A stretch of DNA of 63,779 nt, the filler included, from Guillardia theta CCMP2712 (taxonomy: Eukaryota > Protista > Cryptophyta): assembly GCF_000315625.1 (NCBI RefSeq). It is 4 parts of 4 records of this genome, joined end to end, with 100 filler letters (N's around TTAATTAATTAA, not from the genome) between each part and the next. Parts side by side here need not be neighbours in the genome. Positions count along the whole stretch, not along the records: positions 24,195 to 56,029 come from NW_005434556.1; 3 more parts are not named here. The stretch is one strand, 5' to 3'. Both the position numbers and the translations under genes were made by a program. The notes beneath the pieces were generated by a model that saw only the letters and a program-made list of their open reading frames with translations, was not told where the DNA came from and did not search any database. Shown one piece after another: positions 35,100 through 45,596 of this stretch (the first letter of the stretch is position 1; every line of letters starts with the position of its first letter).

Positions 35100-38000
35100 T
35101 CATTGCAGCGCTTCTAGAACAATCTTGCCCTTCTCTTGTATGATGGTATTCTGCTTGAAGCTGTTCATGGCATCGGAGACAAGATCTCTCACACGAGACT
35201 CTATCAGCCGGCTCTGCAAGACAGAAAAAGTACATTAAGCTAAGACATATCGGAAAAAATTGGACCTTGCTGATTATATTTGAATCAAAACGTGCCAGAA
35301 GGCTGATGGCCTCAACAAGTAGTTTCTCGCTCCTGCAATGCTTGCGCATGGCTGCGAGCACGGCCTCGATGCCCCCGAGCCCCGCGATCTTGACCTCGTT
35401 GTCATCGTTGACAGCCAGGCTCCCAAGCGCCCCGCACGCCTGCTCCTGTACGGGCTGGCTGAAGGGATGTGCTTGCATGGCTGCGAGCACGGCCTCGATG
35501 CCCCCGAGCCCCGCGATCTTGACACGGCTTTGGGAGTTGATAGCCAAGCATGTCAGCGCCCCGCACGCGTGCTGCTGTACGGGCTGGCTGGCGGGATGTG
35601 CACGCATGGCTGCGAGCACGGCCTCGATGCCCCCGAGCCCCGCGATCTTGACACGGTTGTCGGCATTGATAGCCAGGCTTGTCAGCGCCCTGCACGCCTG
35701 CTGCTGTACAGGCTGGCTGGCGGGATGTGCTTGCATGGCTGCGAGCACGGCCTCGATGCCCCCGAGCCCCGCGATCTTGACCTCGTTGTCGGCGTTGATA
35801 GCCAGGCTCCCAAGCGCCCCGCACGCGAGCTGCTGTACGGGCTGGCTGGCGGGATGTGCGCGCATGGCTGCGAGCACGGCCTCGATGCCCCCGAGCCCCG
35901 CGATCTTGACACGGTTGTCGTCGTTGATAGCCAGGCTGCCCAGCGCCCCGCACGCGTGCTGCTGTACATCCAGGCTGGCGAGATGTGCGCGCATGGCTGC
36001 GAGCACGGCCTCGATGCCCCCGAGCCCCGCGATCTTCACCTGGTTGTCGTTGATGACAGCCAGGTTCCCCAGCGCCCCGCACGCGAGCTGCTGTACGGGC
36101 TGGCTGGCGGGATGTGCTTGCATGGCTGCGAGCACGGCCTCGATGCCCCCGAGCCCCGCGATCTTGACCTCGTTGTCGGCGTTGATAGCCAGGCTTCGCA
36201 GCGTCCAGCACGCGTTCTCCTGTACGGGCTGGCTGGCGGGATGTGCGCGCATAGCTGCGAGCACGGCCTCGATGCCCCCGAGCCCCGCGATCTTGACACG
36301 GTTGTCGGCGTTGGCAGCCAGACTTGACAGCGCCCCGCACGCCTGCTGCTGTACATCCAGGCTGGCGGGATGTGCGCGCATGGCTGCGAGCACGGCCTCG
36401 ATGCCCCCCAGCCCCGCCATCTTGACCTTGTTGTCGTCGTTGACAGCCAGGTTCCCCAGCGCCCCGCACGCTTGCTGCTGTACATCCTGGCTGGCGGGAT
36501 GTGCACGCATGGCTGCGAGCACGGCCTCGATGCCCCTGAGCCCCGCGATCTTGACATGCCTTTGGGCGTCGACATTTAAGGTCAAAATTCTCCAGGTCGC
36601 CAAATCCTGTATGGACTGGCTGGCGGGATGCTCGCGCATGGCTGCGAGCACGGCCTCGATGCCCCCGAGCCCCGCGATCTTGACACGGTTGTCGGCGTTG
36701 ACAGCCAGGCTTGTCAGCACCCTGCATGCGTGCTGCTGTACGTCCAGGCTGGCGGGATGTGCGCGCATGGCTGCGAGCACGGCCTCGATGCCCCCGAGCC
36801 CCGCGATCTTGACACGGTTGTCGGCGTTGACAGCCAGGCTTGTCAGCGCCCCGCACGCGTTCTCCTGTACGGGCTGGCTGGCGGGATGTGCACGCATGGC
36901 TGCGAGCACGGCCTCGATGCCCCCGAGCCCCGCGATCTTGACCTCGTTGTTTTCTTCGAAAGCCAGGCTCCGTAGCGCCCTGCACGCCTGCTGCTGTACA
37001 TCCAGGCTGGCGGGATGTGCGCGCATGGCTGCGAGCACGGCCTCGATGCCCCCGAGCCCCGCGATCTTGACCTTGTTGTCGGCGTTGACAGCCAGGCTCC
37101 GCAGCGCCCCGCTCGCCTGCTGCTGTACAGGCTGGCTGGCGGGATGTGCGCGCATGGCTGCGAGCACGGCCTCGATGCCCCCGAGCCCCGCGATCTTGAC
37201 ACGAATGTCGGCGTTGACAGCCAGGCTGCCCAGCGCCCCGCACGCGTGCTGCTGTATGGACTGGCTGGCGGGATGTTTGCGCATGGCTGCGAGCACGGCC
37301 TTGATGCCCCCGAGCCCCGCGATCTTGACACGGTTGTCGTCGTTGACAGCCAGGCTCCCAAGCGCCCCGCACGCGTCTTGCTGTATGGACTGGCTGAAGG
37401 GATGTTCGCGCATGGCTGCGAGCACGGCCTCGATGCCCCCGAGCCCCGCGATCTTGACACGGTTGTCGTCGATGCCAGCCAGGCTCCGCAGCGCCCCGCA
37501 CGCGAGCTGCTGTACGGGCTGGCTGGCGGGATGTGCGCGCATGGCTGCGAGCACGGCCTCGATGCCCCCGAGCCCCGCGATCTTGACCTGGTTGTCGTTG
37601 TTGACAGCCAGGCTTGTCAGCGCCCCGCACGCGTGCTGCTGTACATCCAGGCTGGCGGGATGTGCGCGCATGGCTGCGAGCACGGCCTCGATGCCCCCCA
37701 GCCCCGCCATCTTGACATGGATGTCGTTGATGACAGCCAGGCTCCGCAGCGCCCTGCACGCTTGCTGCTGTACATCCAGGCTGGCGGGATGTGCTTGCAT
37801 GGCTGCGAGCACGGCCTCGATACCTTTGTGCTTTGCAATTTCCACCCTTGATTTGATGTTTGTCTTTGCCAGGTTTCCCAGTATTTTGCATGCGATCACC
37901 TGTATATCCTTTCTCAATGGATGAGCCTTCACATTCTTCTTTCCCATTGTTCTTATGACAAGCTCTATTTCTCTCCGTTTCATCTTGCCCTTGTTTTCAG

Positions 38001-39201
38001 GTCTTTGCAGCTCCTTCAAGATTCTCACGATCTCCTCCGCGCTGCTCGCTTGCTCCAGTTGGTCTATCACGTGCTGTCTTGCCATGGAGCTGCTCGAGGT
38101 CTGGTTGGATGGCGACACATGGCTGGATTTCTCTTCTGAGCTTTTCGATTCTTGACCTTCACTAGCACCCGAGAGTGATTTGTTTGCCTGAAGCTCCTTC
38201 TTCAGAGCCATTCCAACATCGCCTGAGTCAGCTCCCAGCTTCTCCATACTTGCCTCTGTTGGTGCTACAGCATTCCTACCAGCCTCGCAAGCTGCTGCAT
38301 CGATTTTGCGACCGTCTTGATCTTCATCATGAGGTTCAAGTCCTCCTGTCTTGACTTTCTTTCGCTGAGGTCCCTCGTCTCCTGGTGGTCGATCGTGAGT
38401 GTCTTCCCGTCTGCTCCATGTGATCACATCGCTCGACACCCGAGCCAGCAGGTGACTCTCAGGGCATGCAAACCGAGACAGGTCCTTGACATTCGCATGC
38501 AGCGAGAGGTTCCGACCCATCCAGTAGTACAGCTTCTTGGTGAACTTGATCGCGTCCTCGTCTGCTACTGCTGCCTCGTGCCCGATCACAAAGTCCACAT
38601 GCTTGATCAGCTCCTGCGCTACGATACCCGACCAGCACAAGTTGAGCACCACCAGACGCAGCTTCTTGCTCCCCTTGACCACGTGACTCAGAGACCTTGC
38701 AAGCTGCTCCGCGGAGATGCTCTTGCCTCCTATCTCGATGTTGCCGCTCTCGGTGCCATGGCAGGCCAGGTGGAGGATGACGGGCTGATGATCGTCAATC
38801 TCACACATGAGGTCTCCGAAGTCCCGGTAGAAGCTCGACTCAAAGCTCACGCTCTCAGCAAACTTGATGAACGCCGCGTCTCCTTTGTCGCGAGCTCCTT
38901 TCATAAACTCCTCTCTGATCTCCTTCCTCTCCCGCTCTACATCCAAGTCGCTGCGCTCCTTCGCGTCGGCGAAGAAGAGGACCTTGTGAGGGAGGTCGCA
39001 TGAGAAGAGAGAGTCGTTGGTATCGTCGGCTGCATGGTCGAGCTGCTGGTCGTTGCAGCAGACGCACATGCTACTGAGTCGCTGGTCTTGTACCCCAACT
39101 GACTTGTGGTCGACCAAGGGCTCATTTTTGACAGAAGCGCTGCTGTTCCACCAGGAAAGCTTGTCATCAACGTCCTCTTCGACTTTGCCCTGGATGATCA
39201 A
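35100..39201 (-). CDS. CHAT protease-armadillo repeat protein, copy 2 (19 full repeats plus terminal repeat)
   Basis: Same CHAT dyad and ARM repeats. Removing the terminal intron (~35215-35266) restores ...KIVLEALQ* at 35100. Start uncertain (ATG at 39069 or an upstream exon). Confidence 0.9.
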
Positions 39202-39618
39202 ACAAAGCGTTAGAAGTTAAAAGCCGGTGAAAGACTTTGTGTGGTTTCACTCTCTCTCTCCTTCGCTCAAGCTCTCATCCTATCCTCACATGTGGCTCGT
39301 GATAGTCAAGTCAAAGTGATGCCACAATTATGATGTCAGCAATGAACCCAAGCTAAGACTTTCTGTCATGGTCTCGAATAGACTTCTTCTCTCATCTGAT
39401 TCGAGGTGTACGAAATGTGATGCATGTGTTGTTTGATGGTTTACCGTCATTTCCTGTTTATACCCAAGCAGAGTTGAAGGAGCGAACATGACAAAATAAA
39501 ACGTCAAGACCGACTCTTGCAAGTAAATCTTCGTCTTACCTCTACATAGCTCATCCATTGGTCTTGCTCCAGCTTGACCTGCCCAGCAAATCTCCAAGTC
39601 AGGACAACAAACGGAATC

Positions 39619-41547
39619 TCATCCTTCGCTTGCCTTGATATCAGCAGCCTCTTCGAAATCTTTCTTGCTGAACCCTACGGGTACATCCTTCTTGCTGTTG
39701 CTGCTCCCTGGAGAGCCACTGGCCTTAGCCGGACTCTCTTGCTTTACCTCGACTCTGCGCTTCTTATAGTCTTGCTTCCCTTCTGCTTCCTCCCTCTCAC
39801 GATTCACTTCTCGATCGCTTCCAAGCAAGAAGTCACCAACGCTCCTCAAGCCCTTCAGATCTCTTCGCTCCATGTCTTCGAAGGCCTTTCCCATCTCCTC
39901 CCTCCAATCTTCCTCCACCTCATTCCACATCATCCCCTGCTCTTCATCGTGAACGACCCAGCCAGAGCTGCTGACCCACGTCCTCCAGCCCTCCAGCTCG
40001 TTGGTCTTGCAGTCTTGGGTCTCCCGGCGCTTGTTGTATTCCAGCAGCGAGCAGCACAAGAAGATGTCGCTCAGTCTCGTCATCTTCATCAGCATCACGA
40101 AGCTTCCTACCTCCACTGCCTTGTCCAGCACAGAGCAGTAGAACAGCAGCTTCTGCCCGTTTTGAAGGTAGCTCTGCTTCCGGAGATGGCCCTCTATCAA
40201 GTCCATCGCCTCCTCTGACGACACGGAAGCCTCGTAGCATTTATCTTGCACTCGTCGCTTCCACACGGCTAGAGCATCTCGCTGCTCGTCGGCATCTGAG
40301 ATGACGCGGCGTAGCTCAGTCACGATCGTATAATCCAAGATCGCAATGCACGTCTTCTCTTTCGGCACTTCCCGGCCAGACTCGTTCCTCCAAGCCTCGA
40401 ACGAGGGAGCGAAGATCCTTCTATCGTTGAAGTAGCTCATCACCTCCTCGATAAACTCGCGTCCTACAAGCTCCTCTTCGACAATCGAGTAGAAATTCCC
40501 CAGCATCACTCGCGAAGCGAACGATACATCTTTGTACTGTAAGAAACACATCAGGATCACTGAGCAGATCCGCCAGCGCGGCAGCTCGTGATTGCTGCTT
40601 GAGAGGAAGTACTTGCATGCTGCTCTCGCTCGATCTCTGAACGCCTCCGCATCTTCACCACAATACGCGGCCACAAAAACTTCTGCCTCCGATCCTCCTT
40701 CCGAGTCCACTGACTCTGCTGGCTCCCCATCAATGACTTGCCGTAGACCCTGCGTCACCTGCTTGAGGTCCTCTACAAGCTGACCGTCATCGGCGCCTGA
40801 CTGTTTGTTGTTGTTGACAAGCAGCTTCTTGCAAGCATTTACTCCAGCTGCCTTCCAGGTACGCGGGTTGCTGGGGACGCGAGCCAGAAGATGACTTGTG
40901 CGACAGCACGGGCGGGACATGATCTTGAAGTTTGTGAGCAGCGGGTAGTTGCGACCCATCCAGTAGTAGAGGCTCTTAGCCATGTCGATCGCGTCTTCGT
41001 CAGGAACTTCCGTCTCATGCCCGATCACAAAGTCCACATGCTTGATCAGCTCCTGCGCTACGATACCCGACCAGCACAAGTTGAGCACCACCAGCCGCAG
41101 GTACCTGTGCTCCTTCACCAGCTCAGCCAGTGTATCGGTGAGCTCTTGAGGGGTATGATGCTTGCCGCCTATGCAGATCTTACCGTCTTGGTAGCCATGG
41201 CAAGCAAGGTGGAGGACGACTGGCTCTACTCTGCTCAGCTCCCGGGCAAGGTCGGTGATCTTCTTCTTGAAGCAATACTCGAAAACAACATTCTTGGCGA
41301 ACCCTATGAACGCAGCGTCTCCTTGCTCGTGAGCTCCTGCCATGAAGCGGTCTCTGATCAAGTCTCTCTCCTCCTCGACGTTGAGTCCGCATCGCTGCTC
41401 CGCGTCGGCGAAGAACAGCACCTTGAAGGGAGGATCGCCGCTGAATAGAGTATCTGTATCGAGCCGGCTTGGCGGGTCGTCAGCGTCGGAGGAATTACAA
41501 CACGCGCAGATACGGTGAAGCTCAACCCTGCTGTCATTCCCCGACAT
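39619..41547 (-). CDS. CHAT protease with an unrelated helical C-terminal region and no ARM repeats (642 aa, single ORF)
   Basis: KVLFFAD, VVLHLACHG, LVVLNLCWS and FVIGHE motifs. The C-terminal ~350 aa were not recognised. Confidence 0.85.
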   Translation of the reverse strand: MSGNDSRVELHRICACCNSSDADDPPSRLDTDTLFSGDPPFKVLFFADAEQRCGLNVEEERDLIRDRFMAGAHEQGDAAFIGFAKNVVFEYCFKKKITDLARELSRVEPVVLHLACHGYQDGKICIGGKHHTPQELTDTLAELVKEHRYLRLVVLNLCWSGIVAQELIKHVDFVIGHETEVPDEDAIDMAKSLYYWMGRNYPLLTNFKIMSRPCCRTSHLLARVPSNPRTWKAAGVNACKKLLVNNNKQSGADDGQLVEDLKQVTQGLRQVIDGEPAESVDSEGGSEAEVFVAAYCGEDAEAFRDRARAACKYFLSSSNHELPRWRICSVILMCFLQYKDVSFASRVMLGNFYSIVEEELVGREFIEEVMSYFNDRRIFAPSFEAWRNESGREVPKEKTCIAILDYTIVTELRRVISDADEQRDALAVWKRRVQDKCYEASVSSEEAMDLIEGHLRKQSYLQNGQKLLFYCSVLDKAVEVGSFVMLMKMTRLSDIFLCCSLLEYNKRRETQDCKTNELEGWRTWVSSSGWVVHDEEQGMMWNEVEEDWREEMGKAFEDMERRDLKGLRSVGDFLLGSDREVNREREEAEGKQDYKKRRVEVKQESPAKASGSPGSSNSKKDVPVGFSKKDFEEAADIKASEG

Positions 41548-41609
41548 ACTAGAGAAGCGGGGGATGAAGAAGGAAGAGGAGGAGGGAGAAGATTAACATA
41601 AGAAGACAA

Positions 41610-42300
41610 CACTAGAGGAAGAGAGCAAGACTAGACTAGAGGAAGAGATCAAGAGAAGACTAGAGGAAGAGAGCAAGACTAGACTAGAGGAAGAGAGCAA
41701 GACTAGACTAGAGGAAGAGAGCAAGACTAGACTAGAGGGAGAGATCAAGACTAGACTAGAGGAAGAGACAAGAGAAGACTAGAGAAAGAGAGCAAGACTA
41801 GACTAGAGGAAGAGAGAAGGACTAGACTAGAGGAAGAGAGCAAGACTAGACTAGAGGAAGAGAGCAAGACTAGACTAGAGGAAGAGAGCAAGACTAGACT
41901 AGAGGAAGAGAGCAAGACTAGACTAGAGGAAGAGAGAAAGAGAAGACTAGAGGGAGAGAGCAAGAGAAGACTAGAGGGAGAGATCAAGACTAGACTAGAG
42001 GAAGAGACAAGAGAAGACTAGAGAAAGAGAGCAAGACTAGACTAGAGGAAGAGAGCAAGACTAGACTAGAGGAAGAGAGAAAGAGAAGACTAGAGGGAGA
42101 GAGCAAGACTAGACTAGAGGGAGAGAGAAAGAGAAGACTAGAGGGAGAGAGCAAGAGAAGACTAGAGGAAGAGAGCAAGACTAGACTAGAGGGAGAGAGC
42201 AAGAGAAGACTAGAGGAAGAGAGCAAGAGAAGACTAGAGGGAGAGAGCAAGAGAAGACTAGAGGAAGAGAGCAAGAGAAGACTAGAGGAAGAGAGCAGGA
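41610..42300. repeat. ~24-bp minisatellite (ACTAGAGGAAGAGAGCAAGACTAG and variants)
   Basis: Direct reading. It starts ~60 bp upstream of the ARM-less CHAT start codon. Confidence 0.92.
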
Positions 42301-42749
42301 GAGAGGAGAGAGGAACAGAGAGAGGAACAGGAGACTGGTGTATGAGGGGGTCTATCAATAGGCATTCGAAGGGGTAGTTAGCAGTAAAGTAGGGGGTGGG
42401 GGGTCATTCCGGAGAATCATTCCCAGCAGGGTGGGGTGACCCCCACCTAGGGCTCACTGACGATGAGGGGCCACCGGCCACCACCCGGCTCCCACTGCCC
42501 GGCCCTGCGGCGGGCCCGGGGCCCGGGGCCCGGCGCCGATGGCCGCGTGACACTGAGAAGTGACTGGGGCGGCCGTCGGCAGGTAAACTTTTGGAAATGG
42601 CCCGAGTCGGATCGTCTGACCGTCGCTGCCGTACGACGAGGAGCCGCAGGAGGTTGTGTGGGGGCCCCCCGGGAACCGGGGAGGGGAGGAGGAGGAGGAG
42701 GAAAGTCCGATCGGTTGGGGGGAGGAGCGGAAAGATCAGGGTCGTTCAT

Positions 42750-44170
42750 TAGCAGGGAGGCCTCGGGCTATCCTGGTGAGGACAAGAGGATGATGGATCA
42801 TGCCGTCCTCCTCTATGATGTAGTTGAACTGATCGCCCCGAAGCTTCAGCCCTCGCACCGTAGAGTTGATCTGATAAGAAAGTGAGGAGGAGGAGGAGGA
42901 GGAGGAGGACGAGAGGGGGGAGGAGAGGGAGGAGGCGGCGGCGGTGGAGAGATTGAGGGGAAGGAGGGGGAGAGAAGAGCAAGGAGTGGGGGGGAAGATG
43001 CAGCGGAGAAAGTGAAGTGAGCGAGCGAGGAGCTCAGACAGGAGGATTCGGACCTGCTGGGCAGCAAAGTTGAGAGGTTGGATGTCGTAGCTGGTGATGC
43101 TCTTGGTGGTCGTTCCTCCTGTAAAGCCAACGATGAGGAACAGAGAAAGAGACGAGAAGGAGGAGAGGAGAGGAGAGGAGAGGAGAGTAGGGAGAGGAGA
43201 GGAGAGGAGAGGAGAGGAGAGGAGAGGAGAGGCGAGGAGAGGCGAGGAGAGGAGATGGGACGAGTAGAAAAGGGAGGGGAGGGGAGGAGAGGGAAGGGGA
43301 GGAGGAGCGGGGAGGGGAGGGGAGAGAAGTAGGAAGCTGCTCGCCTAAGGATGTATGTGATGTGATGAAAATCTCATCGATGTCGCGGGGAATGACCTGC
43401 AAACCTTTAGAGAAGCGCTTGCCTTGCTGCTGCTGTCCTAGCTCCCCTCCTACTCCCGCGCTCCTGCTCCTGCGATCCACCTGCTCCCCTGCTCTTGTCC
43501 TCGCCTACCTCTGCTCCTGCTCTCCTCCTCCTTGAACTTCCCCCTTCCTCACCTCAATCTTCACGATGTGATGATCCGCGTGCCATTTCACCATCCACGT
43601 GAAGACTGGAGCTGCTGTTAGCGAGAGAACGGAACGAGACAAAAGCAACAAGAGCGATGTTGACATGCAAGTTGATACATAACATGCTCAAGAATGGATG
43701 TTGATACGTTACATGTTCGGAACATGTCACACAACATCTTAAACATTGATCTATCAGATGTTGATAACTCGAAATTCTCACATTCTTTCACAAGTATCAT
43801 CGTGAACAGAAAATTTCTCACCTATTGAAATCCCTCCTCCCAACAGGATCCACCATTTACTCATCAACAAACTTGCCCCTAAGATGTTGACATCCATATT
43901 GAGCAAGTTGATAATTGAAATGCTGTGGCAAATCTTCGTTATCGAAACTTCCTTGCTTTTTCCCCGCCACTTTCCCTCTCTCCCTCCTCTTTCCTCTTCC
44001 TGCCCTCCCTTTCTCCCTCTCTCCATCCTCCATCCTTTCACCCTCCTCCTCCTGCCCCCTCCCCCCCCCTTCCCAGTTCTCCTCACCTCCCCCACAGTCC
44101 AATCTGTCCAAGTCCGACTGTGGAGAGAGCAGCAAAGAACAATGTGCGAGGCTGCCTGCGTAAACATCAG
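42750..44170 (-). CDS. Possible spliced membrane-protein gene or remnant
   Basis: Several exon-like islands ending in GTGAG donors (44085, 43820, 43552) between microsatellite introns, with hydrophobic stretches. No family recognised. Confidence 0.3.
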
Positions 44171-44660
44171 GGCTCAATGTATTCATCATCATCATCCACA
44201 TCATCATTCTCTCCATGATCATCATCTCCATCCTCCTCCTCCTCCTCCTCCTCCTCCTCATCTCCATCATCATCATCAGCAATTCCATCATCATCATCAG
44301 CAACTCCATCATCATTATCATATCATTCTCATCATCATCTTGATCATCCTCCTCTTCGTCGTGCTCTTCCACCTCCTCTCCATCATCATCATCACAATTC
44401 TCATTCTCCTCCTCATCATTATCGCAGCATCTTCTTACACGACAATGCCTGCTGGCATTGTTTTCGTAGAGTAACTAAACCTTGTCGCTGCTTGTTGTCC
44501 TTGACACGTGAAGTGACATAACAAGGGTCAATCACATGCGATGAAGACGCGAGATAGTCGCGAGGACGAGGACAAGGCTCTTTCTTCTCTTGCTGATCTC
44601 CATCGCTACGTAACATAGATGGGTATTCAGACAACAACTGAAGGACACCATTGCAGCTCT

Positions 44661-45596
44661 CTATTGCAGCCATTCGAGAACAATCTTTCCAATGTTTGGT
44701 ATGATTGCATTCTGCTCAAACCTTTTCATTGCAGAGGAGACAAGGTCTCCTGCACCAAGCTCTCTCATCAGACTCTGCGAATAACAAGATATGAGTGATG
44801 AAATACCGAGAAAAAAAAATCACCTTGCTTTCTTTTGAACTGAAACAAGCAAGAAGATTTAAAGCCACTGGTAGCAAATCCTCGCTCGACAAGAAAGCCT
44901 TCACGGCTGCGAGCACGGCCTCGATGCCCCCGAGCCCCGCGATCTTGACCTGGTTGTCGGCGTTGACAGCCAGGCTCCCCAGCGCCCCGCACGCCTGCTG
45001 CTGTACAGGCTGGCCGGCGGGATGTGCACGCATGGCTGCGAGCACGGCCTCGATGCCTTTGTGTTTTGCAATATCCACCCTTAATCTGGGGCCTGTCTTT
45101 GCCAGGTCTCCCAGTATTCCGCATGCGAGCACCTGTATATCTTCACTGGATTGATGTGCCTTCACATTCTTCTTTCCCATTGCTCTTATGACAATCTCTA
45201 TTTCTCTTTGTTTCATCTCGCCCTTGTTTTCAGGTCTTTGCAGCTCCTTCAAGATTCTCACGATCTCCTCTGCGCTGCTCGCTTGCTCCAGTTGGTCTAT
45301 CACGTGCTGTCTTGCCATGGAGCTGCTCGAGGTCTGGTTGGATGGCGACATATGGCTGGATTTCTCTTCTGAGCTTTTCGATTCTTGACCAGCACCAGCA
45401 CCCGAGAGTGACTTGTTTACCTGAAGCTCCAGAGCCATTTCAACATCTCCTGATCCAGCTTCCAGCTTCTCCATACTTGCCTCCATACTTGCGGTTTGTA
45501 TCTCTTGCGTCTGTTGTGATGACTTTGGTGGTGCTACAGCATTCCTACCAGCCTCGCAAGCTGCTGCATCGATTTTGCGACCGTCTTGATCTTCAT
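44661..45596 (-). pseudogene. Truncated CHAT-ARM paralog: linker, one ARM repeat and terminal repeat; CHAT domain deleted
   Basis: Homologous to the copy 1-3 linker and C-terminus. Its 5' end is fused to (GAT)n sequence of the coiled-coil gene. Confidence 0.85.

Noticed and set aside
35340-37820. Invariant ~48-bp core alternating with variable segments, resembling a CRISPR repeat-spacer pattern
   Set aside because: The variable parts are homologous to each other and in frame, so this is a coding ARM array.
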